NCBI GenBank assembly: GCA_965112735.1
Contig: OZ218957.1
Location: 310,001 to 374,000, forward strand
Length of the DNA: 64,000 bases
Source of the DNA: Phaeosaccion multiseriatum
Lineage: Eukaryota > Protista > Ochrophyta, other classes
Direction: 5' to 3'
Shown: positions 37,700 to 47,987 of the stretch, piece after piece
How positions within the stretch are numbered: the first letter of the stretch is position 1
Layout: every line of letters starts with the position of its first letter
Notes under the pieces: generated by a model
Database searches by the model: none
What the model was told of the DNA's origin: nothing
Seen by the model: only the letters and a program-made list of their open reading frames with translations
Translations under genes and position numbers: made by a program

Positions 37700-38790
37700 G
37701 AAGTGAAAGTGAGGGGAGTGAGGGAGGGGTGGGAGGGAGGGACGGAGGGAGGCAGAGGGGGTGGGAGGGAGGGAAGGAGGGAGGGAGTGAGAGGGAAGAG
37801 GGAGTGAGTGAGTGAGTGAGTGAGTGAGTGAGTGAGTGAGTGAGTGAAGGTGGGAGAGAGGGAGAGAAGGAGAGAGGGAGGGAGGGAAGGAGGGAGGGAG
37901 GGAGGGAGGGAGGGAGGGAGGGAGGGAGGGAGGGAGGGAGGGAGGGAGGGAGGGAGGGAGGGAGGGAGGGAGGAGGGAGGGAGGGAGGGAGGGAGGGAAG
38001 GAAGGAGGGAAGGAGGGAGGGAGGGAGGGAGGGAGGGAAGGAAGGAGGGAAGGAGGGAGGGAGGGTGGGCGAGCCAGGGGGTGAGTGCGTGAGTAGCGGG
38101 TGAGTGAGTGAGTGAGTGAGTGTGAGTGAGTGAGTGAGTGAGTGAGTGAGTGAGTGAGTGAGTGAGTGAGTGCGTGAGTGAGTGAGTGAGTGGGTGAGTG
38201 AGTGGGTGAGTGAGTGGGTGAGTGAGTGGGTGGGTGAGTGAGTGAGTGAGTGAGTGAGTGAGTGAGTGGGTGGGTGAGTGAGTGAGTGAGTGAGTGAGTG
38301 AGTGAGTGAGTGAGTGAGTGAGTGAGTGAGTGAGTGAGTGAGTGAGTGAGTGAGTGAGTGAGCGAGTGAGTGAGTGAGAGAGGGAGGGAGGGAGGGAGGG
38401 AGACGCCGGCGGCGGTAGGAGTTAGCGGTAGGGAGTTAGCGGTAGAACGTCCGGCCAATCGTATTTTTTGTTCCTTTCTTCGCGTGCCCTGCCTCTGATC
38501 TCAGTCAGAATTTGCAGATTCAGAACAGGTCAACAACTGACATTTGGGAGTGAGTGAGTGAGTGAGGGAGGGAGTGAGTGAGTGAGTGAGTGAGTGAGTG
38601 AGAGAGTGAGTGAGTGAGTGAGTGAGAGAGGGAGGGAGGGAGGGAGGGAGACGCCGGCGGCGGTAGGAGTTAGCGGTAGGGAGTTAGCCCCCCCCCCCCC
38701 CCGTATTTTTTAACCCTTTTCTTCGCGTGCCCTGCCTCTGATCTCAGTCAGAATATGCTGATTCGGAACAGGTCAACAACTGACATTTTC
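37700..38790. repeat. Compound (GAGT)n/(GGGA)n microsatellite field with a ~250-bp tandem duplication
   Basis: Unique block AGACGCCGGCGGCGGTAGGAGTTAGCGG...AACAGGTCAACAACTGACATTT occurs at ~38401-38545 and ~38649-38790. Confidence 0.85.
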
Positions 38791-39435
38791 ATTACCTCTC
38801 CCCCCCCCCCCAGGGAGGGACGACCTAGTGAGTGAAGCAATGAGTAAGTGGATGCGTGCGTATGTGCATGGGTACTGAAAATACAATTCAATTGAACGTT
38901 TTTGAGTGAGTAGGGCACGTGCGTGAGCGGGGGGTAGAGTTCATCGAGCGCCCCTGCTCCACACCCAGTCCACACCCGCTCTCCCAAAAAACAAAAACAA
39001 AAACGCGGCCCGGCCCGAAACACGGCAAACTTGACACGGTGGGCACGGCCAAATCATCGACCCCTGACGTGCTATTATGCTATCTGCTATCGCCGGCGCC
39101 AGCCGGCGTGCTATCTGCTATTGCCGGCGCCAGCCGGCGTGCTATGTGCTATCGCCGGCGCCAGCCGGCGTTTTGTGCTATTCGCCCCCCCGGGGTCGGG
39201 GGTGGGAGGGTGCGCGTGCGGGGGGCTAGGAGCGGAGGAAGCAACTCACACGTGTTTCATTGCCATTAATTCGCGTCAGTTCTTGTATAGTATGCCTAAG
39301 GGAGTATATCAAGGTCCACCCTCTGCCTGGCCTGGCTGACCTGCTGCCCGTGCACCCCTACCTCTCCGCCCTGTGATTGACTGGCTCTCCGCTAGCTCAG
39401 CCGGCGGACGGCCCGATCGACATTGTGCTCGCCAA

Positions 39436-42400
39436 TCAGTCACTTTTACCACTAGGGCAGGCAGCATTCACTCCGTCACAATACCAGTCCCCTTCAGGAA
39501 GCGTAGAGAGGGGAGGGGTCAGGCAGTACGTGTGAAACTCCTCATCGCAGCCGTCACATAGCAACATTTTGTCGTGGTCAACATCTTTCTGACAGACTAG
39601 ACATGCAGTGGCTTCGCTGGAGCTAGAGTCTGCTGCTTTTGCCGTGCCACGAGACAAAGCCCCATAACTCTCGGGCTTGTTTACCGTGCGCCCACGTGAG
39701 GACATCGCCCCCACCACCTTTCCGATGATGTTCTTGCGCAGTGTTCTCAGGTTCAGCGCCTCCTGCTCGCCATCACTGCTATCGTCCTCAGACATGTCCT
39801 CTCCCATGTGCACGCTTGGGTCGGGGGGGGCGTATCCCATCGCCTTGGCCACCTCTTGGCCCTCCGCCTCTCTGTTGACAATCTGCTTGCACTCCTCGTG
39901 CTGCTCCTCCGTGATGGCAAACCTCCGAAGCCTTCTCTGCGCGCACACCCCTCCTGAAGCTGCATGTGAGCCTTCGATGTACATTGCTTCGTGGTAGCGG
40001 GGCAATGCGCCATAAATGGCAGCACAAGACACAGAAGCCTCTTTCCCGCCGTCGACTTCGTAGACGACTGCTGCAGCCCCATCCCCGTCCTGGGACTCGT
40101 CGGTAGAGTCCTGTTCAGCGACGTGAAAGTATGAAACACCAGGCTTTGCCGGAACCACCTTCTGCTTGGAGCCTCGTCCCTTCTTCGAGACGATCACCTC
40201 CTTCCGAAGATCGACGCGAAGCTGTGCAAGAAAAAAGCTCTCCTCCGACCCCTTGTCTGCCCTGACTATCACAACGTCATTTGCCCTGTAGAGAATGCGA
40301 GTTCGGACGGATTCACCGGTCTTCCGTCCTTTCTGTCCGCGCTTCCTCGCTCCCGAGCTCTCATGCAAGCGCGACAGGTATCCACTCGGGTCGTTGCTTT
40401 GCGCAGAGTTGGGAGCAAACGCCCCCGAACGCGGGGCCGCTCCAACATTGTACTTCCTCTTGTTGGTTACACGCTGCTGCGGAACCTTCCTAAGACGAGC
40501 CGCCGCATTGCGAAGCGTCTGCGTGTCCTTCTTGCGCTGCTTCCGTTGCCCTTCGTCAAGCTTCTCCGCTACCCTTGGTCGCTTCAACACGGGTGAAGCC
40601 ACCAATCTGCTCTCGTTTTGCTCCAGCTGGTATCCCGCCCTGAGCTTTCGACCGCTGCTGTTGACGCTGCTTGTGCAGTAGGCAAAACCCATGCTGGGGT
40701 TGGCCTTCTTCGCAGCCTCAAGCATCACAAGGCCCCTTCTTCGGGCATACTCAAGAGCGTCTGGAACATCCTGGCGGCCTTCCCTTTGCTTCGTGAAGAA
40801 AGTCTCAACATTGAGGGTCAAAACGCTCCTCATCTGCATCTTCTCCACGATGCCGCGAGGCACTCCCTGCTGACGGAAATGAGCGAGGAAGCATCAAGCA
40901 AGGAGCGAACAGCGAAGCCGTGAGACGAAAGGGCAAGGCTGATTTCCAAACGCACGCGCCCACGGACACGGACATTTTTACTCACGCACTCACGCACACA
41001 CACGCACACAGCCATGGGGAGCACCCCCTTCTCACCTCTGCAAGCATCCGATGTAGCATCCGAGGTAGTGCCTGCAGGCTCGCCTTGATAGCACCTCGAA
41101 CTTCGCGTGATGGCATTCCTTCAGGGCCCTGGAGAGAGACCAGGGATTTGCCTGTGGCAGCTGATATCGCTTTCCCCATGTGACTGAGAGCCAAGTCGAC
41201 CACATGAAGCTTGGCAATGCTCTCCTCCATCGTGCGTGCGTTGTTTTGCATGTCTTTGCCATTCTCATCCAAGTCTTCGCCCTGGAGCTGATACGCCTCA
41301 CTCAACATCCGTTGTAGTGGGATGAGGTGCTGGGCGTAGACGTAGCAGTCCGAGATCATTCGAATGCACTGGTTTCCAGTGTCGGACAAGAAGAAAGCGT
41401 TGTACACGAAGCAGCCGAACGTAGGTCTGAACAAAGGTACTTTCGATGCCGTACCGCTGGCAGTGCTCTCTCCGGGTTCTGTGTTTCCCTGTCCGCCCAT
41501 CAGCACGGATGATCCCTTCCAGCTTAGCACCCCACTGTCACGACGAAGGAGAACCTTGACAAGCGCATGCAAACCTTCATCTAGCATGAGGATGACGATC
41601 ATATCTTCATCATCGTATGCACCGGGTGGGGCCAACGTGAGTCCACAAGGCTGAGTCCCCACGTGAGACTTCACGCACGTGAGGTGTGCGCGCCTTGGCT
41701 TCTCAACAGTACCATCTTCCTCGTCATCAGTCAGAGCCATGAGTGTATCTCCGTCATTGCCACTGCCACCCTCTGGTCCTCCGGCACGTTCCACATTGCC
41801 CTCCCAGACAAAAAGCGAGCTGTCGGCGATGCAGGCAACGCAGTCATGCGAGAGTGCTGTGAGGCCCGCAGGTCCCTTGGGTAGGTCACACAGCTTCTCG
41901 CTCACAGGTGCAAAAGGGTTGCCAGCGTCAAATGAGAGCCGGTGTAGTGCTCCCCCCCCGCCAGGTTCCTCTTGGGTGACAAAGAGGTCGAACGCGCGCT
42001 CAGAGGACACGGCAAGCGCAATGGCAACGGGGCAACGGATGCCCTCCTCTTCTCTCTCCTCGAGGACATTCTCCTCAGAAGTGCAACGCTCCTGGATCCG
42101 ACGGACCAAGGGCACTGCCTTCAAATTCAAATGCCGTTGCTGAGTCTGTCTCCCCCGACCACGCGCTGCTACATGCCCGTCCGGTTGCTGGTCGTCGTCA
42201 TCATCATCGTCGCCCTCCTCCGCCGCCGCGCGGGATCCCCTGTTTCCTGGAAGAGCGGCCAGCACATGCACCACCCAAATCTGATTCGCTCCACTGTCAC
42301 ACATGTACACGTAGTCGCCAACCACGACGAGAGACCCAAGACTCTGGAAGCAGTCGTCTCGCAGAACAACCTCTGTGGTACAAGGCACATGATGGGCCTT

Positions 42401-44718
42401 GAGCATGCGCAGATGCCTGCCTGAACGATCGGCGTTGAAGATCATGCCAGAGCCATGATGGTAGCCCATACCAGTCGGCTTCTGAGTCTGCGAGGCCATG
42501 TTCTGATGCCAGAAACGCCACGGCTCCGGGCACACGGTCACCCCCACGAGAGCACGGCGCTTCTCCCGCTCCTCCTCTGAGAGTAGAGCCAACTGCAGAG
42601 ACGCCGTCGTAACAGCGATTGCGCTCTCCACTGAGAAAGGATCCTTGTTTTCAATGGCGTCAAGGCCAACATTGGCTTGTACTGCTTCACTTCGAGCCGG
42701 GTCCAGATCGTGGAATCTGGCGCGAAGAGTTCGCAGTCCGACTAGCCAGCCCTGGCAGACGACCCACCAATTGAATGTCGTAGCACGAACACACTTTACA
42801 AGGTGAGCCCCGTCAGGCAGTGCCTCATACCACCCCAGGGGGTCGTCCTCTCCGAGGGTTCTTGCCGCCATTTTCCGAATGAAGGCAAGCTGTGCGCCAT
42901 TACAGTCTGTTGAGATGCACAATGGTCGGAGACTCTTGCACACGAGCCCTTTCCTCTTGCACCTCGAGCAGACTCTGCTGGAGAACTGAGTCGCGCAAAC
43001 GCACTCACTTTCACCGCAAGGACCCTCCCCTCCGGTGGGACAAGCTTGGTGGCAATCACACGCCTCGCCCATCTCCACCCACGAGGGGTTCTCCCCCGTC
43101 AGAATCCGCTGCCAGAAAAGCTCGAGACAAGGGATGCAAACACGCAGCGCCTTCATGATTTCGGTCACGCTCGCGGCAACACTTTTGTAGTCACCCCCTG
43201 CGGTGTGAAGCTGAAAACCGATGGAGCCCGTGTATGCCCCTTTCAGATCCATCATCATAACTTCCATCATCTCGGAACCCAGCTTAGGTGCGTCCTCGTC
43301 TCGCAGCTGGAACAGAACGAGTAGCGATAAGGGAGGGTTGACAGGAGGCGAAGCAAAGGCGGGGCTGCAGCGTGAGCGAGCGAGCGAGGAGGCGTGATTA
43401 AGATTGACGATGGATCAACAGTGATTCTGCCCCGAAAGATCAGTGGGAAGGAGGGGACGCCACGCACCTGAGCATCAGACTTTTCCAGTATTGCCTTCGC
43501 CTGCTCCAGTGTTGTATTTCCAAACTGATGTGCATTGCCCCAATTGGTTTGGCTGGTTGTATCAGTATGATGGCCCTTGGCAATGACGAAGCCATCCATT
43601 TTGACAGTCACGGGAACCACAATCTTCTCGTTGCCTTTGTCGCCAAGAGTGTAGGCTTGGTCGGCACAGAAGCGGGCGAAGACATTGACGACGTTGATAA
43701 TGTCTTCGACTTGCAGACCGTACCTCTTGATTAGGCCAGGCCTGCGCCTAATGAGTGCTCTCGGATGAAAGCCGCCTGTGTTCGCCCTGCGGAAGTAGTC
43801 CTTCATGGCCTGGTCCCTGGAGACGTTGGGGCCACGAACCTTCTTTCTGCGGGGTGCCCCATAGGAGAGCATGGAGCATGCTGAACCAAATACGTTCTGC
43901 TGGGTCTCATTAAACTGTCGCAGCGTCTCGTAGCCATTGAGCTGCTTGCTCGCGGCCACAGTCTGACGCCTGGACCAAAGGCCGCTGTTCATGACCCAAC
44001 GATGCACCGTTTGATACATGAAGTGACTCCGAGTAAAGTGCCCTCGATCAAGATGGAATTGGATCGCAAAGGGAACAATGTCGACATCGTTTACGTCCCG
44101 GGTAAGCTCTACACGCCCGCTGTCCGCGTCTTCCGTCACAGCCACCCGCCCATGGTCTTCTTCTGTCGCGGACGAGCCCGCGGCGCCCATCGCCTTTGTT
44201 TGTGGCCAAATGTGAAACGGCAGAATCTTTATTGGCTTATAGCTGGCTGGGCCCATGGCTGGGCCCCACTGGTTCAAAAGTCCTTCATGTCTGGCCGCGA
44301 TGGAGGGAGGAGTTGGGGGGGGGGGGGCGACTACTACAACAGCAGGAGAGGCACGCCAAGTCCAGTTGGCAGCAGGAGTCGGAGCCGGGAGAAGGCCCCT
44401 GAGAGGGCGAGGAGAGGGAGGAGTGCCAGCAGGAGTTGGAGCAGGGAGAAGCACAGTGAGAGGAGGAAGCGAGGGAGAAATGCCAGCAGGAGTCAGAGTA
44501 GGGGGAAGGACACCGAGAGGAGGAGGGCAGGGAGAAGTACCAGCAGGAGTCGGAGCCGACCCAGATCCGGAGGAGGAGGAGGGAGGAGGGAAGGAGAAAA
44601 GGGTCGAAGCAAAGGGAGACGGGGCCGCAGTCCCAGCGAAAGAGGATTCCCAGCAGGCGCGAGGAAAATGCGTCGGAACCAAAGTCCCAGCGACAGGGGA
44701 GTACGCCGAAGCAGCCAT
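39436..44718 (-). CDS. P-element/THAP9-like DDE transposase with Cys cluster, NHL beta-propeller insert, BAH-like domain and PHD finger (exons 44718-43468, 43306-41036, 40869-39436; up to ~1651 aa)
   Basis: Two phase-0 GT-AG introns join three long ORFs in frame. Motifs in P-transposase order: VTVKMDGF (D), LGSEMMEVMMMDLKGAYTGSIGF, LCISTDCNGAQ (D), LPDGAHLVKCVR (DxxH), NKDPFSVESA, TLNVETFFTKQR..DVPDALEY (E). The true start may be downstream of 44718. Confidence 0.82.
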
Positions 44719-44744
44719 TCACAACACGCTTCTCACGAGCTGGG

Positions 44745-47087
44745 GTGGGAGGAGGGGGGCGGCTTGAGGACACCTATCTCCAGAGTACGGCAACCTTGGC
44801 ATCGTCTTCTGAGGCACAAGACTTCGATTATGCCTTGCCCCTGAGTGCAGGGATGGGACAGGCAAAACCTACCCCTCTCATGTTCGCGCATGTGGGGACA
44901 TTTCCAAGAGGATGCCTCAACCCCGTCGAGGCTGATTTCAGTCTCGGCACATCGGTGTCCTGCAACACGACCGAGCTCTTCGAGACCTTGCCCTACACGT
45001 TCCAGCTGGCTAATGAAGACAAGCGATTCTCCAGCTTCAAGGCCTTCCGTGGACATTTGACCAGCGAATTGCTCTTTCAGACGGAACAAAAGAAGAACGA
45101 CATCACGATCAGAGCCTCCACGGCATTCAGACGTGGCAGAGGGTTGGATACAATCCGCGACGACGTCTCCCTGCGCCGCGTGGTACGTGTCGGGTACAAC
45201 TGCCTCTCGATGTTTGTGCATTGTCTGCTACGGCAGCAACCCTTTCTTAAACCCGCCCCCCCCCCGCCCCTCTCTGTCTCTTTCTCCAACACACACCCAA
45301 TACAGGTGCGCTCGTTCTACACTTTCCCTCCGGGCCGTATCGATCCCGACAAACGGTGGAGACTGGATCTGTACTGCGAGCTACGCCCGAAATCAGGGGC
45401 GAGACAGCAGGAGAACGTGCAAATTTGCCTGTCTTTCCCTACCCAATCTCTGGACAGCGCCACAGATTTTTCGACCCATACCCCACCCAAGAAGGCAGGT
45501 CATCGAGGTGGTGCTGCCCGTGTCAGTGAGACCACCAGTGATAGTGAGGGAGAGAGTGCCGGCGGGACGAAAGGCGGGAAGGCGGGGCAAGAGGGGGCAC
45601 TGACGAAGAAGGCGAAGAGCTGGCTCCACGCGCAAGGAACCAAGTTCTTTTACCTTTTGCGGGAAATGCCTGATGTGGAGATGCAAACTCTCAGCGGAAG
45701 CAAGGTCGGTGATGCAGCAAGCTTCGTGAAGATCCATACGCCAGCTTTGATTCAGCTTGAGGCCAAAGCGAACTTCTCCATCAGACACGCCAGAACATCA
45801 TTGGATATGCTGGTATCTGTTGTGTGCACCAGGCCTGCTTGTCAGAGCGCCGGGAAGGGCAAGTACAAGCCTCAGTGGACTCATTTGTCTGGCGTTAAGC
45901 GCCACAGAGACTCCCACTCATCGAGCGGTCAGAAAAGCATGCAAGCTGCACTCTCTCACTTCCTACTGAAGACGGCGTTGGGGAAGCAGGAGGAGGAGGA
46001 GCAGGAGGAGGAGGAGGAGGAGGAGGATGATGGTGGTGGTGATGATGATGAGGAGGAGGAGGAGGAGGAGGAGGAGGAGGAGCAGGAGGGGGGGGAGGAG
46101 GAGGAGCAGGAGGAGGAGGAGGAGGAGCAGGAGGGGGGCAGCAGCCCTTCTTCCCACCAGAAGAAAAGCAGGGCCATGCCTGCGGCACAATCAGTGGCCG
46201 AAGCTGAGCAGCTGACAGGGGACATGAAGGCGAGGCTGCTTGTCCTCGGCGCTGAGCAGGACATGCACAAGGAAAAGGGGGAGTACACCTCCTTCTTTTT
46301 GGACGCGATGATGACCACTGTATCCGTGAACGGAAACAGGGCACTACTCCCGTGCGCGTCTCTTGGTCACATTTTCAACCCAGCTGTGGAGAACTCCCCC
46401 ATGCCCAACGTGTTGGCGACGGCTCCGAAAGGGTTCCTGCCGAAAGGTTACAGGGAGTCTGGTCTTACAATGACGAAGTGTGAGCTCCTCGTCCTCCCTG
46501 CGAGTTTCAGCGGCCATTTCTCGACTGTCGCTGTCCTTCTACCTACCTCTGCAGCTAGTGACGACGGGGAGGGTGCTATGGCGTACATTCTGCACTTTGA
46601 TACGGTCCGAAATGGGCGCCTCGGTCACCACCCTTCGAAGCGAGTGCTCCAAGCGACGCAGGTGTATGTGGAGAAGGTCATGGAGGACGAAAGAGCCCCT
46701 GGGACGGCAGCCCTCCGATTCCGGCAGGTCTTTGTTGGTGTGCCACAGCAGAAGGCCGGCTCGAATTCTTGCGGTCCGGCAACAGCTCTATTCATGTCGA
46801 AATTGGCTGTGGCAGACACCAGCCCCGTGCGCAAAGTGCTCTATGGTGTTGAGCAAGACAACAGCTGGGAAAGGGACGACGGTGTAGCGATTTTGTCTAG
46901 TGCGGCGGGGGCAAAGAAGGAGACCGTGGACCGCTTCTTGGCCGCGTGTGGGCTGCCGTGTCTGACCTGCGAAGAGTATGAGGCAGAGAGAACTCGCCTC
47001 TTTCGGGCGTACCTGAGCTCCGGGATGCGCAACGGTTCCTTGCCCGACGTTTACAACTCGGCCTTGCATAAGTGCGTCCTGGGTTAG
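44745..47087 (+). CDS. Transposon-encoded Ulp1/SENP-like (C48) cysteine protease with upstream C2H2/BED-like zinc finger and acidic tract
   Basis: ELLVLPASFSGHFSTVAV (His), YILHFDT (Asp), VPQQKAGSNSCGPATALFM (Gln/Cys); CTRPAC...HLSGVKRHRDSH; probable in-frame 123-bp intron 45183-45305; 5' start uncertain. Confidence 0.8.
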   Translation: MGGGGRLEDTYLQSTATLASSSEAQDFDYALPLSAGMGQAKPTPLMFAHVGTFPRGCLNPVEADFSLGTSVSCNTTELFETLPYTFQLANEDKRFSSFKAFRGHLTSELLFQTEQKKNDITIRASTAFRRGRGLDTIRDDVSLRRVVRVGYNCLSMFVHCLLRQQPFLKPAPPPPLSVSFSNTHPIQVRSFYTFPPGRIDPDKRWRLDLYCELRPKSGARQQENVQICLSFPTQSLDSATDFSTHTPPKKAGHRGGAARVSETTSDSEGESAGGTKGGKAGQEGALTKKAKSWLHAQGTKFFYLLREMPDVEMQTLSGSKVGDAASFVKIHTPALIQLEAKANFSIRHARTSLDMLVSVVCTRPACQSAGKGKYKPQWTHLSGVKRHRDSHSSSGQKSMQAALSHFLLKTALGKQEEEEQEEEEEEEDDGGGDDDEEEEEEEEEEEQEGGEEEEQEEEEEEQEGGSSPSSHQKKSRAMPAAQSVAEAEQLTGDMKARLLVLGAEQDMHKEKGEYTSFFLDAMMTTVSVNGNRALLPCASLGHIFNPAVENSPMPNVLATAPKGFLPKGYRESGLTMTKCELLVLPASFSGHFSTVAVLLPTSAASDDGEGAMAYILHFDTVRNGRLGHHPSKRVLQATQVYVEKVMEDERAPGTAALRFRQVFVGVPQQKAGSNSCGPATALFMSKLAVADTSPVRKVLYGVEQDNSWERDDGVAILSSAAGAKKETVDRFLAACGLPCLTCEEYEAERTRLFRAYLSSGMRNGSLPDVYNSALHKCVLG

Positions 47088-47892
47088 TGAAGGAGAGATG
47101 GCTGCCTCGCGAGAGAGGGAGATGGGGGGAGAGGGGAACGCCAAGGTTCGCCCAGCCACCATTGTATTGGTAATATAAGACTGAAGGCTCGCATACTCTC
47201 TGCGCTCGACGTATGCTGATTAGGCAGGCAGCTAGGAGTGGAAAGGCTGTCGCAGGGCGTCTGCTATCGCCGGCGCGACGGGGCGTGCTATCTGCTATTC
47301 GCCGGCGCCAGGAGGCGTGCTATCTGCTATTCGCCGAGTGCAAATAGCATGCTATTGGGCGCCGGGGCGCCCAATAGCATGCTATCGCAGATAGCATAAT
47401 AGCACGTCAGGGGTCGAAAATCACACGCCCCTGATGGAAGCGTTTATCCTAACTCGCCCTTTCGAAAAAGCTTTGAATCGGGCGGTTTCATGATCGTTTC
47501 ATCTTTCGTACCCCCGCGACTATTTGAACAGGCGACCGTTTGGGTGTTTGGGACGGCGGTAGTTTGGGAATAGGCGGTAGGTAGGTAGGAGATCGGCTCG
47601 CGGACCCCTCTGCAGCCTCACTTTGCACCATTACTTTCCATAACTCTGGGGTGCGGTAGCGGTAGCGGTCCAGGGTGTGTGTGTTGAAGTGGGAGCGCAG
47701 CGAGGTTGAGTTGGGAGAGAAAAGATTAGGGGGGGCAGGTACAGTTAGGAGGAATCGGGGGGCGGAGGAGGAAGAATTGCCTGGAGGAGGCAACCGAGAT
47801 CCAACCGACCAACAGGCGAGACGCATTGAATTGCACTGTGGGCAGGGGATGGGACATGACGCCCCAGGTAGATCCTGAGGCCGGCATAGAAC

Positions 47893-47949
47893 ATGGATAG
47901 GGCTTTGCATAGCGCTTTGACCGCGAGGCAGGCCTCTCGTGACCACCAC

Positions 47950-47987
<38 letters not shown>

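Larger units (their letters stand above)
39057..47417. mobile_element. Autonomous 8,361-bp TIR DNA transposon, P-element-like, 31-bp perfect TIRs, 6-bp TSD AAATCA
   Basis: TCGACCCCTGACGTGCTATTATGCTATCTGC at 39057-39087 and its exact reverse complement at 47387-47417; AAATCA at 39051-39056 and 47418-47423; subterminal ~31-bp repeats; encodes a DDE transposase and a Ulp1 protease. Confidence 0.95.

Noticed and set aside
44002-44844. RS-rich ORF as an SR splicing factor
   Set aside because: No RRM; the RS pattern comes from one frame of the 57-bp repeats antisense to the transposase ORF.
39057-47417. Polinton/Maverick or virophage-like element (also 6-bp TSD, also carries a Ulp1/adenain-fold protease)
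   Set aside because: No pPolB, rve integrase, packaging ATPase or capsid ORFs; only 8.4 kb; short TIRs without AG...CT termini; the transposase has DxxH and ExFF motifs of the P type.
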